Below the pieces are notes generated by a model. It did no database searches, had not been told where the DNA came from, and saw nothing but the letters and a program-made list of their open reading frames with translations. A DNA stretch of 64,000 nt, from assembly GCA_964571525.1 (NCBI GenBank), contig CAZNBY010000001.1, positions 90,329-154,328 on the forward strand, in the 5' to 3' direction. The position numbers were made by a program, and so were the translations under genes. Positions 8,351-17,860 of this stretch are shown one piece after another. Each line of letters begins with the position of its first letter. Within the stretch, counting starts at the first letter, position 1. This DNA comes from an uncultured Planctomycetota bacterium (lineage in GTDB: Bacteria > Planctomycetota > B143-G9).

Positions 8351-11300
8351 ATGACACGCACCGCCAGACGCGTTTTTCTACTTCTTCTTTGTACTTGCGC
8401 CTGTTTTCTGACATATATCCCTAATCTGCGTGCAGAGGATTTACAAACGCCTCCAAGCCTTATCCCCTATCCCCCAGGTGCCGAGATATTCTTTCGAGAC
8501 TCCTTTATGCGCGAAAAGCCCGAGGAGGGTGAATGGACGCAAATTTGTGGTAAGTGGGAATTCGACCAGATGGCAAAGCCGGGTGTCAGCGCGAATCCCT
8601 TCTCTGTTGTCGGCAGCTCTAAAGACGAAGCGATGCTTGTTACTGGCTATGACTGGTGGCGAAACTATTACTTCAATGCGGCTCTGCGTACTCCTCCGAT
8701 TTACAACTCGTTTGGCGTAGTTTACTGCTTTAGAGGCAGGCAGAACTTCGTGTTCTTCGGTTTCTCACAGAAAGATGGTTTGGTTCTTCAACTGACTTTG
8801 AACGGAAGCGATAAGCAGTTTGCCGTTGAAAAGAAATTCGCCGTGCCGTACCAGTGGTACGATGTCGGCATTGCGATATCTGGCAAAACCGTTGTTGCAA
8901 TGCTCGATAGAAGGCCAGTCTTCACAGTGGAACTGCCATTTGAACTTAGCGGAAAAGCGGGCGTTCGGGTTACCGGTGCGCCAGATTACGGAATGACGGT
9001 TGACGATTGCTCTGCGACGGGTTTTAAGTACGATCGCGATGCGATGCTTGCCGACTCAAAGAATGGTTTTTCGCTGCTGCTTGCCTCTGATAGGCTTTCA
9101 AAACCGAAGTTCCCAGTGTTCTTTGAGCGAGATAGGCTTATGCGGAAATGGGCGTCTGCGGATGCAGATTGGTATCCGTTTGAAGTCCCCACCGTCGCAG
9201 AGGGCGAGCAACCTCAACCTCCGACAAGTTACAGCTTTCCGCTACCCATGTTCAACGACATCGCCATGCAGGTGAAACTGCCCGGGCTTGTGTGGGAACC
9301 TTATATCGAGCTTCGCAAGCAAAAAGCTGATGGCGTAATTGGCGACTCCATACTGCGTGTGCAGTTCATACCAAAAGGCAAGTTATACACGGTGATTTGC
9401 GCCTTACCGAACGGCAAAGAGCTAATAAATGTCCCCGATGTGACAGGACAAGACGGCATTGTCGAGGTGTTTTGCACGGGTGACAAGATTACATTCGGGG
9501 CGGTTAATGGTGCGAAGTACTCCGAGACCGTGTCGCAATTGGCTCGTGAGTTGAACAATGGCGTTCGTGTGATAATCTCGCGTGAGATGTTCGAAGTAGT
9601 TAAATTTGGCAACTTCAACCTCGATTCATCAAGCTTTTTCGAAGACACCTTCTACAACTCCCCATCAAACTGGATGACAGTTTTTGGAAACTGGGAAATT
9701 GCGTCACGGTGGGCATGCAATCCGATATACACCTATCTCTCATCTTGGGACCGCATGTCGTCGCAGTTGTACTGCAAGCACCTCTTTGGTGGCGATGTGT
9801 ATTGCGAGGTTTGGTTTTCGCCTAAAATGGCATCTCTTTCAAGACCAAGCTATTATCCAATTCAATGGTTTTCTGTATCAAATCCCTCTGTCGCGGGCGA
9901 TCTTTCGACCGGTTATACCTGCGCTATCGCAACACCTGATTCAGATTCAATGTCGTTGTTCTATAACGGCAAGAGCATCAGCACTACAAAGCTGCGTGGC
10001 GCAATGTCAGGTGGAAATTTGCATCACACTTGGTTTCATCTTTTGCAAACTCGTCTGTCGAATAGATTGTCGTACGATTTAAACTTCATTGACGAGCGCG
10101 ATGACCCGCGTATTTTCACTGTGGAAGACAAGCGCAAGCAGGACTTGAAACCCCAACCGTTCGCAATATGGAACTCGCTAACCGGTCTTACAGTCACTCG
10201 CGTTCGCCTGACTGCCCGCGAAATAGTGTGGGGCGGAATGAACAAGTCGCTGTACAACCGCATGCCAACCCCGTGCGGTGTGAAGACTTCTGTACAAAAC
10301 CCTTCTGATCCATTTGAATTCATCGCCCCTTCTTACGATTTTTCAAAAGGCAGTGCAGGTTGGTATGTATCTTCATCTCAGCCCGCAATAATCACATCAC
10401 CCTATCCTAACGACAACAACAGAACCGGCATCGCAGTTACATCGCCCTTCTGCGGATCTCGCATGGAATTTGTGTCGCCCGATATGAGCGTTGATTCGCG
10501 AGTCTATCAGAATCTGACGGTGAAATACCGAACTGATGTATCCCTTGACCTTTACATACACTCTGGAAGCCGTAAATTCCGCGTTCCACTCGACAGCGAT
10601 AAAAAGGCAGAGACTCTCGACTGGGCTATTCCTGTCGGCAAACGATATTACACAAAGTCGAAGGCAGGCGGTTACGACTCTGTAAAGATTGACCTTGTGC
10701 AGATGTTCGAGGAGTATCAGACCCTTGATATCCCACCCATAATTGACAAACTGACATTCGAGCGGATTGATGATTCTGACGAATCTCTGGGCGTTACAAG
10801 CCGTGATAAGATGTTCTTCGCTGTCTCGGAAGTTGCATTTTCAAGCCCTTTTAAGCCTGAAGTCAACGATCAGACTGCTCCTTTGTTCTCAGGTGACCCT
10901 CAGCAAAATGATTCGGTGCGCGAGTTTGTAAGTGGTTATCGCCAAAATAAGGTAGTTCTTACCCCCGAATTTGCCGCTACATCCTTGCCAAAGCAGGGCG
11001 AAAAGAAGATATATGAGCGCGCCGGTGCCATCATCCTTGAGTTCACTGATGGAATGCAGAAGCTCTCTCCCATTGGTGCTGTTGACGAAACTCTTTTGTG
11101 GCGCAAGCGTGAAAACAAGGAGAACTTGCTTATCGCCCATAAATCGGGCAGATTTGGGTTCTTTGGCGTAAAGGTACTACCTGAACCTGTTACATCCGAC
11201 CAGTATCCTGCTATGGCAATAAAGCTCAAAGGCAATACCGACCTGTTGTGTCTTGGAGTTAAGGCTGGGGATTGGCAATGGATTCCCCTCAAAACAGGAT

Positions 11301-12697
11301 CGAAGATTCGTCGTAATTCATCTGATTCAAAGTTCACCACCATCTGCCCTGTTGTTATCACCGATAACGATTATTCGTGGATAGTCTGCTATTTCCCCGA
11401 TCATCCAAAGCTCGCTGAAGCACCGATTTTCGAGGAAGTGATTCTTTGCTCTGTTTACGGCGCGCCTCCACCCACCGGCGAATCAATTGCTATTAGCTCG
11501 GTGATTTTCTTCGATCCGTCGAAATTAAGCCGATTCGCTTCCCTAAGCAAGAGCGAGATCACTGTGACAAGGGATGGCGTGGCCATTGCTGGAATAAGCG
11601 AGGCAAAGGTGCGCAATGTTGAGACATTCCTTATCAGCCTGAAAACGCCTAAAAGCCCGCCGCCACCATCAAATGTTACCGCAACCCTGCGCGATTCGCT
11701 TATCGAGTTCGCTTTCGACCGACCCTTGACGCCATCTGAGCTTGCTGTAAAGATCGGTGAACAAGAGTTTTCGTGGAGACTTTTTCGCTTCAAGGATGGC
11801 GCAAAGACGGCGATGCTTGAGCGTGATGAGGTCTTCAACTCAACTGCAAACGGTGTGAAATGGACTGCAAAGGTCGGTTCTAAGACTGTTGGCGATGGTG
11901 TTCTTGATTTTCAAGCCGCCCGCCCACCCGCAATTCGGCGTGCAATGGTGATTCCTGAAGACTCGCTTGTATTCGAGGACTACGAATACGGTATGGGCAC
12001 TGCAGGTTCTCGCGGAACTCCTATCTTCCTCGCCAGCGCGTTTCCCTTTATGGGTTCATCCTATATTGAAAATCTCGACCCGGCAGCCGGAAGCGTGATG
12101 GGGTACCTTGTTCGCGCTAACATTGATGCTGTCAGGTATCCCAACATGAGCTTTGCCTGCCGCTTGAATAAGGCTCTGGTTAATCTTCACTTCAAATGCG
12201 AGGGGCACTTTAAGGATGTCGCCATATCGCCAAGCGATGTAAAGCAAGGCAAATCCTATTGGACTCAGGGTGTGTTCGGCGAGTTAGCTGGCATACGCGA
12301 TAATGATCGTTGGCAGACAGTGAAGTTCAAGATTCTTGATAAGCTGCAAGGCACGCCTTTCAACGGCAAGTACTTTATCACCGAGATTGCGATAGACACC
12401 TTCAAGAAGTCAGAGCCCGGCGGTTCGATTTGCATTGACAACCTTTGCATCTATGGAGACCGCTCGACATATTACACTGTGGTTGTCGAACCTCCTGCAG
12501 GATTGGATGCCAAGACCAAATTCGCTTATGAGTGGTGGTTTGTGGACGCGACAAACAGACCATTGTCGCTATCTCAGCTATCTAAGCTTGAGCGTTTTCG
12601 TGCCGATATACCCGATACAAAACCTGCCAAGATTAGGGTTAGGCTTCATATAAACGGTGAGATGTCGCAGGCGATAACAGATCTTGAACTTCCGTAG
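8351..12697 (+). CDS. Giant secreted protein (1448 aa) with repeated concanavalin-A-like / DUF1080-like beta-sandwich modules
   Basis: Start moved to ATG 8351 (MTRTARRVFLLLLCTCACFLTYIPNLRA signal peptide) because the track ORF 7949 start overlaps the HIT gene antisense; repeated G-x-W-E/F modules (GEWTQICGKWEFDQ, FGNWEIASRW). Confidence 0.6.
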   Translation: MTRTARRVFLLLLCTCACFLTYIPNLRAEDLQTPPSLIPYPPGAEIFFRDSFMREKPEEGEWTQICGKWEFDQMAKPGVSANPFSVVGSSKDEAMLVTGYDWWRNYYFNAALRTPPIYNSFGVVYCFRGRQNFVFFGFSQKDGLVLQLTLNGSDKQFAVEKKFAVPYQWYDVGIAISGKTVVAMLDRRPVFTVELPFELSGKAGVRVTGAPDYGMTVDDCSATGFKYDRDAMLADSKNGFSLLLASDRLSKPKFPVFFERDRLMRKWASADADWYPFEVPTVAEGEQPQPPTSYSFPLPMFNDIAMQVKLPGLVWEPYIELRKQKADGVIGDSILRVQFIPKGKLYTVICALPNGKELINVPDVTGQDGIVEVFCTGDKITFGAVNGAKYSETVSQLARELNNGVRVIISREMFEVVKFGNFNLDSSSFFEDTFYNSPSNWMTVFGNWEIASRWACNPIYTYLSSWDRMSSQLYCKHLFGGDVYCEVWFSPKMASLSRPSYYPIQWFSVSNPSVAGDLSTGYTCAIATPDSDSMSLFYNGKSISTTKLRGAMSGGNLHHTWFHLLQTRLSNRLSYDLNFIDERDDPRIFTVEDKRKQDLKPQPFAIWNSLTGLTVTRVRLTAREIVWGGMNKSLYNRMPTPCGVKTSVQNPSDPFEFIAPSYDFSKGSAGWYVSSSQPAIITSPYPNDNNRTGIAVTSPFCGSRMEFVSPDMSVDSRVYQNLTVKYRTDVSLDLYIHSGSRKFRVPLDSDKKAETLDWAIPVGKRYYTKSKAGGYDSVKIDLVQMFEEYQTLDIPPIIDKLTFERIDDSDESLGVTSRDKMFFAVSEVAFSSPFKPEVNDQTAPLFSGDPQQNDSVREFVSGYRQNKVVLTPEFAATSLPKQGEKKIYERAGAIILEFTDGMQKLSPIGAVDETLLWRKRENKENLLIAHKSGRFGFFGVKVLPEPVTSDQYPAMAIKLKGNTDLLCLGVKAGDWQWIPLKTGSKIRRNSSDSKFTTICPVVITDNDYSWIVCYFPDHPKLAEAPIFEEVILCSVYGAPPPTGESIAISSVIFFDPSKLSRFASLSKSEITVTRDGVAIAGISEAKVRNVETFLISLKTPKSPPPPSNVTATLRDSLIEFAFDRPLTPSELAVKIGEQEFSWRLFRFKDGAKTAMLERDEVFNSTANGVKWTAKVGSKTVGDGVLDFQAARPPAIRRAMVIPEDSLVFEDYEYGMGTAGSRGTPIFLASAFPFMGSSYIENLDPAAGSVMGYLVRANIDAVRYPNMSFACRLNKALVNLHFKCEGHFKDVAISPSDVKQGKSYWTQGVFGELAGIRDNDRWQTVKFKILDKLQGTPFNGKYFITEIAIDTFKKSEPGGSICIDNLCIYGDRSTYYTVVVEPPAGLDAKTKFAYEWWFVDATNRPLSLSQLSKLERFRADIPDTKPAKIRVRLHINGEMSQAITDLELP

Positions 12698-12750
12698 ATT
12701 AGATTTTTGCGGATAACTCTAATGGGAAACCCGCCGCAAATTGCGGCAGG

Positions 12751-13437
12751 TTACTTGCAGCATCTGAATCCAATATGTACCTGATAGTATTGCTTCTGAT
12801 AACCCGAACCAGCCTTGTAGCAAGACGCGCCTCGCCCGTGTCCCCAAGAACCACCTAAAGTGAATATGGTGCCGTTGGGGCCTGGGTCAACCCATTCGAA
12901 CACATTTCCAATCATATCCTGCGCGCCCCACGCGCTTTTGCAGTTTGCGAAGGTACCTGACGGCACGGCTTTGGTGTTCTGTATATTGCAGTTTTCGAGC
13001 ACAAAGACATCACCGTAAGAAAATCTTCGGAGTTCCCCGCCATCTGGCGAACCGTCGCAAGCTCTTATCCACTCCTCTTCAGAACACAGCCTTTTTCCAA
13101 GCTTTGCACACTCAGCTTGCGCATCAAACCAGTTGATATAAGTTTTTGGCATGGCTCCTGCGCGATTGGGAAACTCGAACCTATCAATGCAGAAATTGTC
13201 AACCTTCACCATGTCATCTGGGCATACAAGACCTGGATTTACAGTCGGTCGAGGCATGATGGGCGGCAATTCGCTTACAAATGGATATGGAGATAGCGGA
13301 CGGAATGACGGCATGACAAGTGCAGTGTCGCCTTGGGAATCGGGCGGAGAAGCCGGAGAATACCGCCAACGGATCGAAACGACCCAAAACGAAAAAATGG
13401 CTGCAGCTAAAAGAAGCACCTTGAAAAACTGCCTCAT
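12751..13437 (-). CDS. Membrane-anchored FGE-sulfatase (formylglycine-generating enzyme) family domain protein
   Basis: N-terminal TM helix; C-terminal hallmark motifs GNVFEWV, GGSWGHGRG, HIGFRCC. Confidence 0.7.
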   Translation of the reverse strand: MRQFFKVLLLAAAIFSFWVVSIRWRYSPASPPDSQGDTALVMPSFRPLSPYPFVSELPPIMPRPTVNPGLVCPDDMVKVDNFCIDRFEFPNRAGAMPKTYINWFDAQAECAKLGKRLCSEEEWIRACDGSPDGGELRRFSYGDVFVLENCNIQNTKAVPSGTFANCKSAWGAQDMIGNVFEWVDPGPNGTIFTLGGSWGHGRGASCYKAGSGYQKQYYQVHIGFRCCK

Positions 13438-14369
13438 TCGAACTCCAAAAGCAGGTCGAGCGGAGGATTATCTTTGAACAGCGGCAGTATGCCATCCCAA
13501 CGGACGCGAAGAGCCGCAGCAGCCTTCACTCGAGCATCTTCTTCATCGTACCAGTTATACTCGATTTCGCCCATGTATCTGCGCAAAAAAGACTCGGCAT
13601 CATACCGCAGCAACGGGTCGGTGCTCGTCAATCCTTTGTACAGCGCGTCATTGGCCGCAATTTTCAGCCACTCATACTGCGTTTTTTTGCCGTTGATTCG
13701 AATCCAGTCGTCAATGCTGGCCATCACAGCGACCTTGTCGCTGTCAAAGCCCGAATGTTCGTAGTTGAAATTCGTGTATGTGAAGGCAGAAAAAGCCCGT
13801 GCAACAGAATCCCTTACGAAGGCCGATGCATCGTCATAACCCGACCGAAGAATCTCCAAAGCTCCTTCTTGTATAACGAAGATTGCTGCTTCGTATGCGC
13901 GCGCCCGTAACAATTCGTCATCAGACTTCAAAGCTTTTCTTACGCTTGCACTGAACCGCATATCCCTGCATTTTGCCCCGATAGTCAGTGCGACATAGGC
14001 GATTCCGACCGGCTCGCGTGATGAAAGCTCAACAGCAATATCCGAGGCGGCTTGCTTATCTATCCTGTACAGTGCGACAAGCGCATCCCTTCGCTGCAAA
14101 ATCGTGCCATTTCGAATCAACACTTTTAAAGGTTCTATCATCGAAACACCCAGCGCGGTAACCTCCTCAATCGCTAATTGAGCGGCGATTCTATCTTGCG
14201 CGCCAAGGCCATTATGAATGACCGATGGAGTGGGGGACATGAGAGAAGGGCCAAGGGATGGCGGTTGTTGTGTGGGAGAAGGGGCTGGGAAAAAGTATGT
14301 GCGGGCGATCATAAAGCTTACGACCACCAGAATTGTTGCAAGAAAACCTATGCTGAAGTGCTTCTTCAA
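13434..14369 (-). CDS. Membrane-anchored HEAT/ARM-like repeat protein
   Basis: N-terminal TM, helical repeat composition; 4-bp overlaps with both neighbours (operon). Confidence 0.55.
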   Translation of the reverse strand: MKKHFSIGFLATILVVVSFMIARTYFFPAPSPTQQPPSLGPSLMSPTPSVIHNGLGAQDRIAAQLAIEEVTALGVSMIEPLKVLIRNGTILQRRDALVALYRIDKQAASDIAVELSSREPVGIAYVALTIGAKCRDMRFSASVRKALKSDDELLRARAYEAAIFVIQEGALEILRSGYDDASAFVRDSVARAFSAFTYTNFNYEHSGFDSDKVAVMASIDDWIRINGKKTQYEWLKIAANDALYKGLTSTDPLLRYDAESFLRRYMGEIEYNWYDEEDARVKAAAALRVRWDGILPLFKDNPPLDLLLEFE

Positions 14370-14818
14370 CTTAAGCCCTCGTTATCTGACTCTGACTTGC
14401 CCATGTGAAAATACGAATTCGAATCTTGCCTTTGATGGTTGACTTTGTTCTTTAAAGTGTAGATTCGAAAGACCTCATCCGCATCCATACCCGCAACAAG
14501 CGCAAGGGACAGCCAGAAATGCAAAGCATCAACAATCTCGATTCGAGCGTTCTGCAAATCAACAGCCTTGTCCTTGCTCCACCACTTCCATGGTGTCGAG
14601 TCGAGAAGCTCGGCAGTCTCTTGCGAAAGCGCACGGCTGTAATTCTGAAGCCATTGCGCAACGATGCCTCCCTTGCCAAGCTCCCCGTTTCTGCACGCCG
14701 CGACAAAATCAGCCATCGTGAGCGTCTCGCCGGTAGCAGGATTTGCTATACCGTTCTTCGCGAAGGTCTTGTCGTTAAGCTCTGATTGCAGCTCGAAGAG
14801 CCTTTCTAACTTGTCCAT
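14366..14818 (-). CDS. All-alpha NTP pyrophosphohydrolase, dimeric dUTPase-like (tentative)
   Basis: Motifs LFELQSELN, TPWKWWSKD, EIVDALHFWLSLA, YTLKNKVNHQR resemble the dimeric dUTPase/MazG-like family; ATG 14818 has GAGGTG RBS. Confidence 0.45.
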   Translation of the reverse strand: MDKLERLFELQSELNDKTFAKNGIANPATGETLTMADFVAACRNGELGKGGIVAQWLQNYSRALSQETAELLDSTPWKWWSKDKAVDLQNARIEIVDALHFWLSLALVAGMDADEVFRIYTLKNKVNHQRQDSNSYFHMGKSESDNEGLS

Positions 14819-14899
14819 TTGCACCTCGACAATATTGTGTCATCTTTTACACTTTGCGCCACACTGAGGTCGCATTATGTAACCTATCACAGCCTTTAG

Positions 14900-14933
14900 C
14901 AAAAAAAAGAGGGGCACGCGACGCGTGCCCCCA
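14900..14933 (-). terminator. Rho-independent terminator downstream of the porin gene
   Basis: GGGGCACGCG-A-CGCGTGCCCC hairpin (14911-14932) followed on minus strand by a U8 run (A-run 14901-14908 on plus). Confidence 0.7.
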
Positions 14934-14953
14934 CCAAACTGTCTAAGCAGAAA

Positions 14954-16339
14954 TTAGAACTTCATCTGAATAGTGAAGTACAGCATGCTCGCGTTGTCAT
15001 CCAAGCCAAGGTCATCAAGCATGTTGCAGCCGAACATCGTGGCGTAACCGAATGTCAGCACAGTCCACTTTTCAAGCTGGTAAGAAATTGCAAGGTCAAT
15101 TTCACTGCCGAGAGTGCGGGCTTCGAAAACGCCTGTTGCGTACTGATTGCCGCGCTGATCGTACCAAGCATCATTGCGCTCGTTGCGTGAATAGTGGAAG
15201 AAGTCGAGTTTCACGGTGAGGTTTTCGATAGGCTCGATGCTACCACCAAACCCGAAAATTTGCGAGTTCGACATGCCAACGCTCTGAATCCTGCCAAAGC
15301 GGTCTGCACGATCGCCGATAAGCGGATCGAATGAGTGATATTCGCCGTCGAGACCGTTGTCATCACCGCTTGCGAATGTATACGAGCCCCAAATCTTAGG
15401 ATTCATCGCGTATTCAAAAGCGTACTTTGCGCGGATATCATATCCATAAGCTTCGATATCATCGGTGCCATGATTGCCACCCTGAAGCGCAATCGTGACA
15501 CTGTAATCAAACCCGTAAAGGTTGCCGTAACCACGAACGCCGTAAGTATAGCTGCGCCAGTCTTCGAACAGGCCGTCTTCGCCCTGCGTCTGGGCGTTTG
15601 AATCCTGCTTCATAATGACAAAGGCGCCCATTGAAAGCTCTTCCATAAACTTATAATCGCCCCAAATTGCGATATAGGCAAAGTCGTCATTGAAGGTCGG
15701 GTCTTCATGATAGGTAGCCTGATCGAAATTGTTGTTGTCAGGCCAAACCGGAAGCCCAACGAAAATGTTTGCCGACCACACATCCTCGCCCTTGAAGGTG
15801 AACTTAACGCCGTCAAAGACCTGTGGAGTCTGGTCCCAATCGCTGTGGCCAATAAGAAGGCCGTCGCCAATTTGCAAATACTGGCGGCCAACGCGAAGCG
15901 CAAGAGGCCAGTTGACGGGATGGAGCTCAAGCCAGAACTGATGAATATCAAGCGAATTTTCAAGATAAGAAGGCTCGTCGTCTGGATAAGATCCAACGCG
16001 CGCGTCAACTATCTCCAAGAATGCCTGCACAGAATCACCAGCTGCAAAGTCGAGACTGACTAAATTTCTGAATGTTACATAGGTGTCAGCATTTTCTACC
16101 GGCCCAAACATTTGATTGTCGCCGTGCGTGTAGGAAATCAGGCGGAAACGAGTGTCGAGGCCGAATTTCAGCGAAACTTTGCCACTTTCATAAAGAGTGG
16201 GGTCTTCACGGAATTTGTCGGCTCTGTCCTTAAGTGTAACGAGTGGCGAGTCCGACGATGGCGCGGTTTCAGCGTATGCTGGAACACTTAGGCAGACCAC
16301 CGCCAAGGCAAACGCCGCAAACAACAATAGTCTCTTCAT
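14954..16339 (-). CDS. Outer-membrane beta-barrel protein, alginate-export (AlgE-like) family
   Basis: Signal peptide MKRLLLFAAFALAVVCLSVPAYA; alternating aromatic/hydrophilic beta-strand pattern; C-terminal Phe (QMKF). Confidence 0.6.
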   Translation of the reverse strand: MKRLLLFAAFALAVVCLSVPAYAETAPSSDSPLVTLKDRADKFREDPTLYESGKVSLKFGLDTRFRLISYTHGDNQMFGPVENADTYVTFRNLVSLDFAAGDSVQAFLEIVDARVGSYPDDEPSYLENSLDIHQFWLELHPVNWPLALRVGRQYLQIGDGLLIGHSDWDQTPQVFDGVKFTFKGEDVWSANIFVGLPVWPDNNNFDQATYHEDPTFNDDFAYIAIWGDYKFMEELSMGAFVIMKQDSNAQTQGEDGLFEDWRSYTYGVRGYGNLYGFDYSVTIALQGGNHGTDDIEAYGYDIRAKYAFEYAMNPKIWGSYTFASGDDNGLDGEYHSFDPLIGDRADRFGRIQSVGMSNSQIFGFGGSIEPIENLTVKLDFFHYSRNERNDAWYDQRGNQYATGVFEARTLGSEIDLAISYQLEKWTVLTFGYATMFGCNMLDDLGLDDNASMLYFTIQMKF

Positions 16340-16380
16340 AAACTACTCTCCTGAGTGCGGTTTTTAGACAATATGGTACG

Positions 16381-16408
16381 AATATAGCACCGAAAACATA
16401 ATTGTCAA
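16381..16408 (-). promoter_or_regulatory. Sigma-70-type promoter for porin gene (TTGACA-N16-TATATT)
   Basis: Minus-strand TTGACA at 16403-16408, TATATT at 16381-16386; CAGGAGAG RBS before ATG 16339. Confidence 0.4.
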
Positions 16409-16527
16409 CACAAAAATCTTGCGCGTTTGCATAGCGAGCGTGAAAATACATCTTCCGCTTGTCTCAAACTAAGTCGTCTTTGACTTCTTGACAACACAAA
16501 CAAGGCATTCTGGAAAGGGAGGTTTTT

Positions 16528-17526
16528 ATGGCAAACATTCTGATCTGCGGTGGTGCTGGTTACATCGGCTCACACATGGTTCGCCTTCTTGTCGAACAGA
16601 CGGCACACAATGTAATAGTACTCGACAACCTAAGTATGGGACATCGTGAGGCTGTTCCGAATGGCGTTTCAATTGAGGTTGGTGACATTGGTGATCCGGC
16701 ATTGATTCGCACAATTTTAAAGAAGCACTCAATTGACGCGGTAATGCACTTCGCCGCCTTGTTAGCTGTCGGTGATTCAGTAAAAGACCCCCTTGGATAT
16801 TACCGAAACAATGTCATTGCAACGCACAATGTTATCTCCGCAATGGTCGAGCGGGGAGTTAAGCACTTCGTCTTCTCTTCAAGCGCTGCTGTTTATGGAA
16901 TGCCTGAACGCTCACCGATTTCAGAAAACACGCAGAAGCATCCCATAAACCCATACGGTTGGACAAAGTACATAGTGGAGAATCTGCTTTCGGATTGTGA
17001 TACTGCGCATGGTCTAAAGTTTGCGGCATTGCGTTATTTCAATGCTGCCGGTGCTCATCCATCAGGCGAGATTGGAGAAGATCATACACCAGAGACGCAC
17101 CTTATTCCCCTTGTGCTTGATGTCGCTCTTGGCAAGCGCGAGTCAATAAGCATATTTGGTGATGTTTACCCCACGCGTGACGGTTCGTGCATCCGCGATT
17201 ACATCCATGTCTGCGACCTTGCATCCGCGCACCTTATAGCTCTTGAAAGGTTGCTTTCAGGTGGTGAAAGCTGCCGATATAACCTCGGAAACGGAAACGG
17301 CGTATCGGTGTTCGAGCTTGTTGAATCTTGCCGCCGTGTATCGGGAAGACCCATAAAGGCAGTTGTGAAGCCGCGCCGCCCAGGAGATCCCCCTTCTCTT
17401 GTCGCGGATTCATCAAAGGCTCAGCGTGAATTGGGCTGGGTGCCAAAATTCACTAAACTCGACGACATAATCTCGACTGCTTGGAACTGGCATTTCAAGC
17501 ATCCGAACGGTTATTCGAGCCAATAA
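16528..17526 (+). CDS. galE: UDP-glucose 4-epimerase
   Basis: Rossmann GGAGYIGSH, catalytic YGWTK, length 332 aa; GGGAGG RBS. Confidence 0.9.
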   Translation: MANILICGGAGYIGSHMVRLLVEQTAHNVIVLDNLSMGHREAVPNGVSIEVGDIGDPALIRTILKKHSIDAVMHFAALLAVGDSVKDPLGYYRNNVIATHNVISAMVERGVKHFVFSSSAAVYGMPERSPISENTQKHPINPYGWTKYIVENLLSDCDTAHGLKFAALRYFNAAGAHPSGEIGEDHTPETHLIPLVLDVALGKRESISIFGDVYPTRDGSCIRDYIHVCDLASAHLIALERLLSGGESCRYNLGNGNGVSVFELVESCRRVSGRPIKAVVKPRRPGDPPSLVADSSKAQRELGWVPKFTKLDDIISTAWNWHFKHPNGYSSQ

Positions 17527-17587
17527 AGCGAAACTGATGTTTTCCGGCACTCGACTTCAAGACTGAAGTCAAATAACTGATATAATT

Positions 17588-17625
17588 CCCGACTGCGTTC
17601 AGTTCTGTCGGGTTTATGCGTTTTT
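17588..17625 (+). terminator. Possible terminator/attenuator after galE
   Basis: CCCGAC-N13-GTCGGG hairpin followed by TTTATGCGTTTTT; sits immediately before the RBS of the next small gene. Confidence 0.3.
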
Positions 17626-17632
17626 CGGAGGT

Positions 17633-17860
17633 ATGATGCCAAGCGGTAATGTGCACAACAACAAAGTCCACTGCCCGTCATGCGGAGAATCGGACTACAA
17701 GATATACCGGCGCGAATCGTCGTTGGATGATGCGGTTCTTTGCCTTGCAAGCTGCCTTAAATGCGACGCGACTTTCAATTTTTCATTGGATAGATTCGGC
17801 AACCCCATCCCTGTTTGCGAAGATAATTCGCCCCAATTGCCGTTCGAGGAACACGATTGA
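17633..17860 (+). CDS. Small zinc-ribbon protein (75 aa), translationally coupled to downstream gene
   Basis: CPSC...C-x5-C-x2-C motif; GGAGG RBS; stop overlaps start of next CDS. Confidence 0.45.
   Translation: MMPSGNVHNNKVHCPSCGESDYKIYRRESSLDDAVLCLASCLKCDATFNFSLDRFGNPIPVCEDNSPQLPFEEHD

Noticed and set aside
12698-12750. Short GCCGC-aaatt-GCGGC hairpin between convergent genes
   Set aside because: Only a 5-bp stem and no clear U-tract on either strand; too weak to call a terminator.
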